Source: Lingula anatina (taxonomy: Eukaryota > Animalia > Brachiopoda). From it: a stretch of 64,000 bases of DNA. A program made the translations under genes and the position numbers. The notes below the pieces were generated by a model. That model searched no databases, was not told where the DNA came from, and saw nothing but the letters and a program-made list of their open reading frames with translations. The first letter of the stretch is position 1. Each line of letters begins with the position of its first letter. The stretch is taken from NCBI GenBank assembly GCA_051362555.1, contig CM120647.1, positions 8,122,001 through 8,186,000 on the forward strand, written 5' to 3'. Positions 26,585 to 39,234 of this stretch are shown here, piece by piece.

Positions 26585-29500
26585 ATGTCATCCAGTACTT
26601 GTTGGAAACTATTAAGTGTCGTACTTGGTATATTAGAGGCTGCTAGTTACTCTGTCACGTTATTTGGATGGCCAGCCTTCACGTACGTATTTATAGAGGA
26701 AGGGTTTTATTATTCCCGTTGTGACTTCAATACTGTAACAAATGCTACTTATAACATGACGAGTGCTGATTGCACTGATCTTGGCAACTGCACGCAAGAC
26801 ACAACCGGAGAGGACCTTGTTCTTAAATGCACGGAACAAGAAGAGATGCTGAACTTAGTTTACACAGTTGCTATGGTATCTTTAGTTGCTCTCCTTGTGC
26901 TTGGGTATATTTATGATCACGGTGGGACAGTATGTGTGAGAATCATATCTATGTAAGTATATGAGCGCGTTCAGAGCAATTTAATCCGCGGTCTAACAGA
27001 TCCGTGGATCAAATATGGCGCCACCCACTTGAAAGCGTGCCGAGATTTAATTGTGCTGTGCCCCTGCTTGAACGGTGAGTGGGTGTGTGTTTGTGTGTTT
27101 GGGGGGGGGGGGGGGGGATCCACCATCAAGAGGGCGCCATATTTAATACTTGGATAAGTTGGTCCGCGGATCAACTTTGTCGTGAATGCTTTCTGTTTCA
27201 ATCAAGCCCCTGTAGCAGAAATGGAAATCTGCTGAGAATAGTTGTCCTCATTTCCCCCATTACTTTGTAAAGGTAACGTACTTCCCATATACTAACATCA
27301 ACACTTTCCGGCTATACATGTAACATTTACCCGCACTAACCATATTGAACTTCGATGTAACGAAACCGATGGCTTTGTTACAGAAAGCCCGCCCTCCATA
27401 TAGTCACGATGGCTAGGATTAGCCTGACTTAAGTAGGTCAAAATTTATGGCGAGACTTATACCTGTACGAATGAATGGGAAGCGGACTCTCTATCATGGG
27501 GGACTCTCTGTTACGTTACACAGGACTTCTATACTTTTAAGACTACCATCTCCAACGCACCAGGCTTGCAACACTTTGCACAACGGATGTTGGCCCCCTT
27601 TCACAAATACATGTATATAACAACATAGGCCTACAGCCAAACATATGTAATATAAAATAAAAGACCGCAACATTTAAGTCCATTAACAACCATCCGTAAA
27701 TGTGATGTTAACTTCCAAACATTGTCATTATTCCAACTTTTAGTGTGGTTGGAAAGACCAACAGTTATCGAAATGGCCCCAAGTTCGGTTGTAACAGGAG
27801 CCCCACACGTAGAGGTTCACAGTTATACATGACTGTTGTTGTTGCCATGATGGTAAATTCATCTTCTTCATTTTTTAAAGCTGATACACATATTGCTATA
27901 GGCTCCATATGCACCTGCAATAAACACCAAGAGCTAAGAGGGCACATCCAAATTTTTAATCATATCAGAAGGATGCTTGAAACACTTGATTAATTCTTGA
28001 CATTTCCTTTAAGATGCCTGTGTGCCGGTGGAATTTGCCTGATGGCGTTAGCAGAGAGAGGTAAGAAAATATCACGACTTACACTAACGATACAAACATT
28101 TAGATTGACAGATACTTAAATTTACATTAATCTGTATGGCGCAAGTACAACTAATATCCCTATTTCACACAGACCACGAATCCCACGAATCGCCAGGAAT
28201 TGACAAATTTCAGGATTCGTGGTTGATTCGTAATCAGTTCGTGAAGTTCTTAACAGATTCGTATATTTAATCGTAGTCAGTTTTTGCAATTCTTGATCAA
28301 TCGGGAATTCGTGGCAAAATTTTTGAGCTGTTCAAAATTTTGGCCACGAACTCCCGATTCCAAAAAATCTTAGAGAATTTCTGGACAATATTCGTGCGAT
28401 TCTAGCCGAATCCCACGAATATTCGTAACACTATCGCACCTGTATCGTAAATGAATCGCACAGAAAATTGGCAAAATCTCACGACTTCTCACGAATCCTG
28501 AAATTTGTCAATTCCTGGCGATTCGTGGGATTCGTGGTCTGAGTGAAATAGGGGCATAAAACAGATAGTATAAACATAAGAAATTGACCCCTGTGGTGTT
28601 CAATACGCGCAGGGAAGATGCTAGATTAATGGAGGACCCAGAGAGGAGGAAGCATGAGCGCTATATGCATGCATCATGGCAGATACTCATGTACTATTCT
28701 ATATTTGTTTCAATTTGTTAGGTATTTTTTTCATTCCCATTTCATTTAGAAAACCCCTGTTCCCACATGCCAGTGTGTATGGATGTTAGCGTTACCCAAT
28801 ATAAATATGACAACAAATTCGAAACTCAACAAAAAAAAGTTTAAAAAAATGCGTTTCCAAGATGCGTTTCCAAGGCTTCTGTAAATTTGCAGAAACTGCG
28901 TTTTTTCTTGCTAACTCCTGCAAAATCCTAAAAACTATAAATTTGCTGCAATTTTTTTTTGTTTTGTTTTGTTTTTCTAAGGGTCCAGGTCTCCCAAGCT
29001 CGTAAATGTGCACACCTGTCAGACGGCAAAGAACATTTTGATTAACATTTTTTGATCCAGCAAACATAAACGATATCTTCAAAATTTTGTGGAACCATAC
29101 CGAAAATTTGGGGAAAAATAACCAAGAGAAAATGACAGTTTTCAAATTTGATAGGGACAGAATGGCTGTTATTCCCTGGGGCTGTATTTCATCTAATGGG
29201 AGGCAACCAATTGGCTATAACTGACGTCCAGGTGGCGCTGCTATTTCCCAAGCTGAAGGCGACACTCACCTGCTTGATTTGCGGTGCCATGGACGTTAGC
29301 GGCTTTGTCCCCATACTCTTAAAGGTAATAAATGCATTCCTTACGTAAACATACACCTTCAAACAGAGACACACACACAGACACACACACACAGTTGCAA
29401 GAGAGCCGTAAGGGTTATTTTAGCAAATAACATTCATAGAAGATCCATAAAATATAATATCTTTATCTTACAGTTGACCTAATTTTGCACTTTATTGATA

Positions 29501-32500
29501 TTGCTGGGTGTTAAACAGTCATTTAGACTGGTATTTATGTTTTATGGGTTGTTTGCCCTTTTGGCTGACTTGGGATATCCCTTCAGATGTTTTTTTTTTT
29601 TTTTTTTTTTTTTTTTGAATGTATATGTTATTCTCAGTTTTTCAACTGTTATACTAATTTAATTAATTGTAGATGGCCTACCAGGCTGGATTGTCGTACA
29701 AGACGTGCATGTTAAGCTTTGCCGGTATCATACTTCTAATGTCTTCTGTCAACACATTCATCCTTCCACCTAGACAGGACGAAGACGGGAACAACATCGA
29801 CATTGATTGCTGTTTGAAGATACGCAAAAGGCACAGCTTAACCAAAAAACACCCCAAACCCTACCTGGAAAGTTGTAGAAATGGCGCTGACACATTCCAT
29901 GAAACGGAAGAAAATGAATCTGTCACACGTGAGCAACTCGGTGAGCATCAATTATGTTGATTAATCTCATCTCGCCGATGTAACTGGAAAAGACGTCTGC
30001 TAGGAACAGTAATCAGCTTCCCATCCCTTTGTGACATTCGTCCAATATACTAACCCCAATACTCCAAATTAACCCTAACCTGTACACCTGTACTAATCAC
30101 ACGGGTGCCTGGACTTCTATTCCCAGGACTTCCATTCATGTTACCACGGTGTAACGAAACTGAGGGTGCATGTAACAGAAACCCCGTCCTCCATTTAGTT
30201 ATCATAGTTAGAGTTAGCCTTTCCTAAGTGGGTCATAAATTTGGGCGAGGCCCACCTGTACCAGTGAATGGGTAGCTCACTCTCTATCATTGGGGACTCT
30301 CTATCACGTTACACCGCTTTGATGATGTTAAAATAATCGTCTATAAATTAATACCTCCCTCCCCTCCAATAAAAAAAAACGAAGGTAATTTACCCATATT
30401 GAAAAGCAATCCAAATTTCCTTCATTGCAACTATTTTGAAGATGGACACAATATATAGATTCCTTTAGCCAATATTTGGTTCTTTAGGATTAAGGGGTAT
30501 TTTACTGATCATGAAAAGAGTGTTGTTGATCAAAAAGATATTTATGATTGCACATTTTTCAAGATTTGTGTCCATGTTGGTCCATTTCGGTAAAATGATA
30601 CAATGATTGGAATTGATCCGCCCAATTCGATACATTTTCTCTTTAAAGAAAATGTATGTAGAAAACCCCTTGATGACAGTTATCTTGAGTTATGTAGTTA
30701 TTAAGATGGAATTAATTGAATGCTTTTAAAAATGATGAAAATAAGAAGAAATAGTTATAGCTTGATAATACACCAAAGAGAGAACGAAGTTGCTATATTG
30801 AAAGACATACTTTGCATTCTCTGTCCATTTACATGAACGTTGAATCTATTTCTGTTGGAAATCATTTTGGTTTAATGGCAGTCTTATATCCTAAAGGTTA
30901 TTATCACAATATTAACGTCACTCACAACAAACATTTCAAATTCAAATTCCCAATCTGATGAACTAACTTTAACATTTGATGGCAAAGTAGTTAAATTTGA
31001 TTTATGTTAAGAGGCGCTGAATGGCCTAAGTACCAATATGGGATTTTACAGTGAAGCATTTTATAGACATTTTATGACGAAAGTTTTGTGGTTTGGTATT
31101 TAGTTAAAAAACAAAGCGTTTTATATTATTAGGAACCAATTCTAAAACTTTGTATGGCGGATAGATGCAGGGGCTGCAGCCAATATCTTAGACAACACCA
31201 TTTTCAATTTGACACGTTTGAAAACTGACTAATAGGTGTAGCCATACGCATGCAATGTTTATTCGTAGAAAAATGTCTTTCCAGCCCTAACAGGCCACGT
31301 CAAGGCCGATGGGGAGGCAACACGTGGGGACAACGATAAAGGAACTGATCTTCAAGATGTGGGTTTTAGCATCAGGCATCAAAATAAGAGCAAAACCAAT
31401 TGCAAGGAAACGTGCGATGACGGAAGTGACCAGATGCTCCGCGAAGGAGAAAATTCTGACAGCAAAAAAGATGACGAAAACACTTACACCAGTTTACTTT
31501 ATGGCACCCTGCTGATTCTCAAAAGGCCCACATTTTGGTTGTTGATGTTGTGGCTTATATGTCTAGATACCATTATTGTCACGTACAAAGGCTGTTTTTA
31601 TGCGATCATCAATTACTACGGAAATAATGTCAAAAGCACAGGTAATACATTTACGTGTATATATTTCATGCGGGTTTGCAATGTAATCATTAGTATTTAT
31701 CCCATTCCCATTCTTTCACTGCAATTTGTTTTTATGACAGAATAGATTTCTTAATGTACGAGGTTGTTACGATTGGAACTCTGTAGTTACGATTTTTTAA
31801 AAGAAAGATCCATCTTGTTTTAATTAAGAGGCAGAAAACCGTTTAGTTATGAAGCCAGAACCTATGAAGCATAACCTGTCAAGTTTAGCACTCAACAAAG
31901 GGCCTTGACCTTGAGCACGTCTGTCTCAGTCCGCCTCAACTGCGCGCTCCGGCGGGTAGGACGTTAATTAAGTCATCTTAAGTTCATTTTACCACCTTTA
32001 CATGATCAAAGGACAATGAAAAAATTATTTCAGCGAATTCTAATTATGTTGTAGTAAGCACGTATACGGACTTGTATTCCTGGTCCCAAGTGGGTTCTCT
32101 GTTCTGGGCATTGCTGATCGGCTTGATGCTGGATAAACTCATGGCCAGGTCAAAGAAAGACGGTAATTAACGTAAAGGTGATTTTAAGAGTTCTATGGAT
32201 TGATCGGTAATTCATTTATATTCCATGTAATATTTTGTTCACCCTTTCTATTTCTTATCTTCTGCTCATTTTGATTGGATCTGGCCCCAGTTTCCCAAAA
32301 AAAAAAAAAACTTGAGTCAGGCTCCCTGGCTAAGAAATTAATTACCAAGGTTACAGGGTCACATTGGCACATATTACCCTATCAGGAGCAGTGTTACAGC
32401 ACTCTCGTGGAAATCCTAGTCAACTAAGACCCCATTTCCAGGGATTAGATCGATCTACTTTAGATCGACCTAACTCCCTGGGGGTTCACGCTAAATAGCT

Positions 32501-33101
32501 GTCAGCCGGGCGGACACGAAAGTTAATTACCCCCTTACAGCTTGTAGTAGGCGGGACGGACATTTAAGCCGGATTATCTGACAGTAATCTAGTGAGACTC
32601 CCCGCGGGGATAGATCGATCTGAAAGCTCTGGGAATACAGCCTAAGCCAGAGAACTGACTTTCTTTTGTGAAACTGGGGCCTGAACTTAAATACTACCGG
32701 TTAGAATTGCAAGGTTTAAAATATCATTCCTTTTACACAGTATAGCATATATTATATTATTTACTATAATATAAATTAGGTATTATATGCATTTTATGGC
32801 TGTAGTTTACTAATTGTTTAAGATACTTTTGCTTTAGGTTTTAAAAAGCACAGATAAGAATCACGGACAAATATTATTGTTCCAGACAAAGAACGATGCT
32901 TCATGGTTCCATTTTTCCTGACAGTATTGATAGGCATCGTTGTATCCATTCCTTGTATCATTCCAATTCTGGAGCTACAGTTTGTGTCTATTTTCTCTCA
33001 GTCTGCGTTACAAACAGGGACCTACGCCGTGCATATGGCATTTGTGGCCTCTGCGTAAGTACATACTGTATACTACATGTACTATTTTCTTTCCTTTTTA
33101 A

Positions 33102-33194
<93 letters not shown>

Positions 33195-34211
33195 TTTTTT
33201 ATGTCCCCCAAACTGAACTGGTTTAAGATTGATACGTGTCTTTAGTTCCTTACACAGTCGAGAAAATCTTTATTCTTATGATATGATACCCATGTGATCT
33301 TTATAGGCCGCGTTCATAACGGCGGAATAACAGATCCACGGATCAAATGTGGCAGGCCTACTTGATTGCTTGTCGCGTAATTGGGGCATCAATTCAGTCT
33401 GTAGTAGGGAGTTTTGCACCCAGCTTTTAAGTGGGAAGACCACATTTGATTCGCGGATCTGTTAATTCGTCGGTCATCAACGTGTTCTGAATGCGGTGGT
33501 ATCGTTTTCACCTCGATGCTTTGACCAATTTTAGCTTTGTTTGCACACCGCTCACCTTTGTTTGACCTCACTTACAGAAAAATATTTTTTAATAGTATTA
33601 TTTAGTTTTATAAAAGATGACTGTGTGATACCAAAACGAAAATGTTCGCCTTCAGTGCGAGATCTGGAAAATAATAAAAGAATCTCGTAGGTACGTTAAC
33701 CCCTTTATTGGCCTGCGCCTTAAAAACATATATATTATAGGTTTCCACAGGAACATTTTGGAAAGACATACGGAATACAGGCTGCAGTCAGTAGTTTCCT
33801 GAATTTCCTTGAAATACCAATATTTTCCTGGTACAAGTACGACCTGGAAAGTGACCCACGTTGGGTATGTATGGGATTTTATGTGTACATTATTTGATTC
33901 TATAATGTATTCAGGGAAGGTAATATAATGCAAAAAGACATTAGTTCCTTAAGTATGTAATATTGAAGTGTTTACCGAAATTATCGAATCACGTTTGACG
34001 TTCACACAATAGGCTGATTGTGCTGAAAATGTACAATGTGCAAATAACAAAACAACTTTGAAAGTATTTATCCAGCAAGCAACTGCAAACATACTTTTTG
34101 AGGACTGTTTCCTTTGGGATAATGTATATTTTGTTTGATAATAAATGCTGAACATTAATTTACAGTTATGTAATGTTGAAAACTGACCATAATGACCATT
34201 ACCATTTCTGT

Positions 34212-34252
<41 letters not shown>

Positions 34253-34369
34253 TTGTTTTTGCAGTTGGGAGTTTTGTTCCTTGGAATATGTGTCACTGCC
34301 AGCTGTTTGCCTTTCTACCTCCTTTGGCATGGGTGCCGCTCCACGAGGTCTAACAGCTACACGCTTTAA
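26585..34369 (+). CDS. SLC43A3: SLC43-family MFS transporter, copy 3 (more divergent), 9 exons, 571 aa
   Basis: join(26585..26952,28014..28060,29155..29324,29673..29940,31285..31641,32055..32162,32886..33054,33741..33864,34265..34369). Same lengths and phases for exons 1-8, open frame, FPQEHFGKTYG motif. Confidence 0.88.
26985..27172. mobile_element. Short palindromic MITE family (GGATCAAATATGGCG), also at 33320-33470 and 41675-41775
   Basis: AGATCCGTGGATCAAATATGGCGCC...GGCGCCATATTTAATAC..GGATAAGTT. The shared core GGATCAAAT(A/G)TGGC..C(C/T)ACTTGA occurs at three loci. Confidence 0.6.
27356..27519. mobile_element. Ginger-like MITE, family B (also 30150-30313 and ~38574-38734)
   Basis: TGTAACG...CGTTACA termini, CCGG-like flanks, conserved interior GACTCTCTATCAT..GG, three copies in the window. 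Confidence 0.65.
28155..28556. mobile_element. 402-bp Harbinger-like MITE in intron 2 of copy 3
   Basis: TAA|TATCCCTATTTCACACAGACCACGAATCCC ... GGGATTCGTGGTCTGAGTGAAATAGGGGCA|TAA. ~65-bp near-perfect TIR, ACGAAT/ATTCGT subrepeats. Confidence 0.8.
29975..30316. mobile_element. Abutting Ginger-like MITEs (family A reversed, then family B)
   Basis: CCGATGTAACTGGAA...CATGTTACCACGG directly followed by TGTAACGAAAC...CACGTTACACCG. Confidence 0.6.
32284..32680. mobile_element. Nested Harbinger-like MITEs: outer element (CTG TSD) containing a 215-bp inner MITE at 32428-32642 (TAA TSD)
   Basis: Outer CTG|GCCCCAGTTTC...GAAACTGGGGC|CTG. Inner TAA|GACCCCATTTCCAG...CTGGGAATACAGCC|TAA, nearly identical to 61028-61242. 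Confidence 0.8.
33104..33200. repeat. (TA)n microsatellite followed by poly-T
   Basis: Seen directly. Confidence 0.95.
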
Positions 34370-34650
34370 ATATATTTTGATATTTTGGCATAAAAATTAC
34401 TTCTGCGTCCATAGTGGTATCAGAGCCAACTGATAAAGTAAAATATATTGGTTGGTATGTGGCCAGCTAAGTTGTATTTTCCAAACTTGTGTGAGATTTT
34501 ACTATTTCTTTATCACTATGCCGGCCATCAAGATGGTGCCCAACACTGTCTCTGGACAGTTATCCTATGAGCAAAGAAGATAATTACTTTGATGAATGAT
34601 AGTACCCACTGGTTAAAATGGCTGCCTGTTATCCTTCTAATAACTCCTCT

Positions 34651-34905
34651 CCAGAGGAAATTAATTGCATCCTATGGTTAGTGTTATCCTCGGAATGTCT
34701 GTCCAGAGGATAATTATTGCATCCAATGGATAGTGTTATCCTTAGAATGTCTGTCCAGAGGAAAATAATTATATCCCATGGATAGTGTTATCCTCAGAAT
34801 GTCTGTCCAGAGGATAATAGTTACAGCCATTTGATAGTGTTATCTCAAGGAAAATAATTATAGAGGAAAATAATTATATCCACTGGATAGTTTTATCCTC
34901 GGAAT
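34651..34905 (+). repeat. 52-bp minisatellite, about 4-5 units
   Basis: CCAGAGGA..AATT..ATCC..TGGATAGTGTTATCCTCGGAATGTCTGT, units at 34651, 34703, 34755 and 34807. Confidence 0.85.
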
Positions 34906-35369
34906 TCAACATGTAACTGCCCAAAGAATAATAATTATAATTACAGAAAACACGTATTATATCGATATAATGAGGCACACCCTATTAAACTACCCATTAC
35001 CTTTTACATACCATTAATACTACGTGGCAAATCCCACTTATTTCGTATTTCTTATACTGTTTTTATATTTATATATTTGTATCTGGGATACGAATGCAGG
35101 TTTTATCTTTGACATTCAGTGATAGGAAAAGCTGATATACTCATAGTTAAATCAGAATATATTAAAATAAAAGCTGCCATAATTATTTCTTAAAATATTC
35201 CCTTCCCAATGATCATGAAGAATGCTGCAAAACTTTTCATCCAAGCTGTCATCCCTGTTAAAACCTATATACTCCCAAGAATAAAGATTATATAAAAACA
35301 AAGATTTCAATGTTTCACTTCCCTTTTTACACAAATCAAAGGTTTATTATTTTTTATTATTCATAAAAG

Positions 35370-35775
35370 TTCATCTCCGTATTTCGGTCTTTTTGTTTGT
35401 CACCAGCCTTATAATTAAAAAAATATATTTATGGATTTCAACGAAATTTCCGGGATAAGTCAGAAAATGGGCTAACTTAAAAGTGATTAGACTTTGGTGG
35501 TGGTTCGTGATCTTGATCAGGAGCCGGATCCAAAAATTGTTCAAAGTTTGCCAGATTGTGCCAATGATCACGAAGAATGGTGTGATCTCAACTACCACAA
35601 TCTACCAGTGCAACCCATCAGTGCGGGGTTGAAAAAAGACGTTTTTATAGGATTGCGATAAAGTGACAATGACCTGGTGCAATGGGTGTGATCTCAACAA
35701 CCACAATCTACCAGAGGAATCTATCAGTGAAGGGTCCTTGACAAAGGTCTGCGCTCTCTGAGTGCTTTTCTACTT
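35370..35775 (+). mobile_element. Helentron/HINE-like element related to 14913-15165
   Basis: The 3' end CCTTGACAAAGGTCTGCGCTCTCTGAGTGCTTTTCTACTT matches the reverse complement of 14913-14952. Interior GATTAGACTTTGGTGGTG..GATC is shared. The 5' boundary is approximate. Confidence 0.6.
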
Positions 35776-35814
35776 TTCCCACTGAAATGCCCAGGTTAGA
35801 CGCCATTTTAAATT

Positions 35815-37539
35815 TTATGCTATTCTTGTACCATTACATGCTTTTACATACTCCATGTACGTAGTATTGTGTCCTCTTGATTCTTGTACAATATCCCTTA
35901 GTTCTGTATGTTGATATAAAGTCCTATTATACGTAAACATGTAGGTGTATCCTAGCAACGAGAGAGCGGCTTGGTCGTATCTATGGTTACGCAAGTGTGC
36001 CCCAACAGGAGAGATGCAGCGTTCAAACAGCGCGCATTTTTCCCATGGAACCAGTATCTTGTCGTATATATCCCCTTGTCTCAGCCAGCCGTTCAACCCC
36101 CCAGCAAATGAAGTCTTGCCTACGTATGGCCCTTTCGTGATCTTGAAATGGGAAAACATACCGGGGTGTGTCCACTTTGTCACCTCCCCATTTCCAGGCA
36201 CACCGATGAAAACATAGCCATCTTTTTGAAAAAGGGACGTCATTATTTGTTTCATTCTTCCACTGATGTGGCTGCCAGCGTCCACCCAAAGCACTGCCCC
36301 CAATTCATCCACCATCTGCTTGATGATGACGGGTTTAAAGGCGTACGTGTGCAGGTCGCGCAGATGAGAGGGGTACCTTTCAAAGGGGAACCTCCTATAT
36401 GTCACGCTCGGCCAGGTTTTCACGGTCTCCGCCTCTTCGGCGGTCAGGCCGAGGTCCCACACCACGATTCTGAGAGATGGTTCCCAGAAACAGAAGGACC
36501 CGACGTGGTTGACGAGAGCTGGTGAAAAGTACTTGTGGTTCGCGCCTGTGACGATTGTGAAGTTGATTCGTTGGTCCCAACCCATCGACCCTCTGAACTT
36601 CATATCCATCTGTAATTCTACATACGAAACCCAAAGTTTAACCCTTTTGAATCTACTGTACTATTTGATATAACCTTTTTCATTTGGCAAAATTATAAGC
36701 ATCAGTTTATTTATCCAGCTTCTCACAAGAGAAGTTCTACATTTTCTGATGAAATAGTAGGCCTATAGCTGGTTAAATTGTTAGATAAAAGAACAAAATA
36801 TTCTCTTGGGCAACGGTGTTTTCTATAGTCTGCCTTTAGCAATATTTGTTGCTCAGCCGGTCCTAGTTTGTGTCAATGGTGTGCGTATGCTATCGTTATA
36901 AGATTTTTAACCCTCACTGATTGGTCGAGAGCAGTCACGTGCAGGTCAATATTTTACCATATTGACCTCCAAACTGGTCAGAATTGAACAGCAATGTAAA
37001 ATATTTAGTGTCGTTAGTATAAAATTAAAACAAACTTCTCGATGTAAAAAAGCGAAGTTCTCAATGTGTCTTAATTGTTTTTGGAATGAGTGATCAAGTA
37101 ACGAAATAGTTATAGATTTCGGCGTCGGATATATAGCGTCGAGGCTACCTAGGCTCAACTAAAGTTAATTATTGTGTTTTTGTCAATAAAATGTTTGTGC
37201 TTACACCGGAAACTGAGGTAATCAGAAATGCCAGAAAAAAAATTATGGAAATCCATGACCGCCTAGGTTCTGAAAGAACGGGATAGAGAGACAGAGAGAG
37301 GAGAGAGAGGGGTGTGTGTGTTAATTTGTATGTTATCATAATATTCATAGCACATAAAAGACCTCTGAAAGTGAGATCGTCTACAATCGCATGACAAGGG
37401 ACATACCTGAATCCTGTACTTGTTTATGCACCCCCATCCACATCATATTAATTAACTTAAGTACGGCAAACACCGCACCCAACTGAAGTAGGGCAAGTCG
37501 TACACGTCTCGTCCTAAAGTTTCGTATTAACATCCTCAT
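35815..37539 (-). CDS. DUF1647-like membrane-anchored putative glycosyltransferase-fold protein, about 330 aa
   Basis: complement(join(35815..36609,37205..37269,37407..37539)). GT-AG sites; the 65-nt middle exon restores the frame. Motifs: IVVWDLGL, RRFPFERYP, YAFKPVII, LWVDAG, NHRYDQAALSLL. Hydrophobic N-terminus. Confidence 0.75.
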
Positions 37540-37642
37540 CTTGCCTTTAATTGACTGATCTTTGCTGACCTGAAAATTGATAACAAAATTATTTTTTCGT
37601 ATTGAGAACAAGGGGGTTTAAAAGACAGAAAAGACAGCATTG

Positions 37643-37780
37643 CCGGTGTGACAGGAATGGCAGTCCGGGGTTCCTAGGATTAGACGGAGCCCTTGGGTTA
37701 GTATATGGGACGAATGTCACCTGTAAAAGGCAATGGGGGAGCGGACTACGGTTGCTAGAGGACTACCATTCCTGTTACAA
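37643..37780. mobile_element. Ginger-like MITE, family A
   Basis: CCGG|TGTGACAGGAATGGCAGTC...GACTACCATTCCTGTTACA. Confidence 0.6.
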
Positions 37781-38225
37781 CAGATCTATGATATTGCTAG
37801 ATAGAGTGGGATGGGGGGAGGGCACAAGGAAATGAAAAATGTGTGTCAGTGAGAAAAAAAACAACAAAATCATGATTAAAATCTTATAAAATGCATGTGT
37901 TCATATGCCAGGTCTATTGTAAACCTCGGGGAGATACAAGATCACAAGTTCCCACACAAAATTGAAGCTATTACTCACAGAGCCTCAGGGCACGACGTGA
38001 CTTTCTCACAGACACATAGTAACGTAATGACAAAAAATGTATATTTGAAACCAAAGATCGCATGGTACATTTATGATACTAAAAACGATAGTTTTGAGAA
38101 AGGCGTATTGGATATGAAAAATATATTTTTCTAAAATACATTTTCAAGAACTGCATTAGATATGAATTTTGGGATGTATTTTGTAAAATTACTGAAATTT
38201 GACGATGCCCCGGGAAAAAATGTGG

Positions 38226-38270
<45 letters not shown>

Positions 38271-38970
38271 TCCTTTTCTTTCTTTTCTTTTTGTATTTAT
38301 TTTTTACAATCAACAAGATAATTGAACAACTATTGTGGAAAGACTTCCGCAGTAAAAAAGGCAGCAGACACGAGTACCTACGGGCAATTTCAATTGAAAT
38401 TCACACATAAAAAGTATCACTTGCTGAAAGTCACCCATTCCGAAGTGAAAATCCTTGTAAAAAATGCACGCCAACAACTCTGACCTTGAAACTAACGAGG
38501 TTTTAGCAGACATAATTTTGGGTAGGAAGAATCGGCTCGGTGGGTCTGGGTGCCTTTTAAGGTGGAATACCCAGTAACGAAACTGAGCGTCCTTGTAACG
38601 GAAGGCCCGCCCTCCATTTAATTATAATGGTTAGGGTTAGCCTGATCTAAGTGGGTCAACATCTGGGACGAGACTCACCCGTACAAATGAATGAGAAGCG
38701 GACTCTCTATCATGGTGGTCTCTGTCGCGTCACACCGACTGTACAGGCTTATTTTGGCAGCTCTTGAGCAACGAATCGCCATTATAGGGGAAAGGGTATG
38801 TCCTCTCGTATTAAAACTGTGACAGTCAGACATGTTGAGAAAATTTCGAACTTTTCATTTTCTGCACAAGCTTTTTTTCAAAGCATACCTGTGAGAGCTT
38901 TCATCCGGTCACTATCCGATGTCAAGAGACCGTGCATTTAGTGGCCAGTCCAGTGAGAACTGCTCACTAT

Positions 38971-39234
38971 GACTGCGTTCCCATAAACCCATCGTGCTTG
39001 ATGGATCTAACTTGGCGGGGATTCTCGCTAAATTGCATTTGGTGTAATCAGCTTAATTGTCTGGCACGTTCCCTTGAGTAACTAGGGGATAATTGACTAT
39101 CCTATCCTAATTACCTCTAGAGGTTTGAGTAGGCGCACCAGACATTAAAGCCGCATACACTGAATGCAATTTGGCGAGAATTCCCGCAGAGTTAGATAGA
39201 TCCACCAGCACGATGGGTTTATGGGAACGCTCTC
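38971..39234. mobile_element. Palindromic Harbinger-like MITE (GATCGATC family)
   Basis: TAT|GACTGCGTTCCCATAAACCCATCGTGCT ... AGCACGATGGGTTTATGGGAACGCTCTC|TAT. Confidence 0.75.

Noticed and set aside
34524-34541. CTCF-like word downstream of copy 3 (CCATCAAGATGGTGCC)
   Set aside because: Spacing is one base off the consensus and the flanks do not align with the copy 1/2 block.
35945-36634. Overlapping ORFs 35945+, 36023-, 36148+ and 36395-
   Set aside because: Shadow frames of a GC-rich coding exon.
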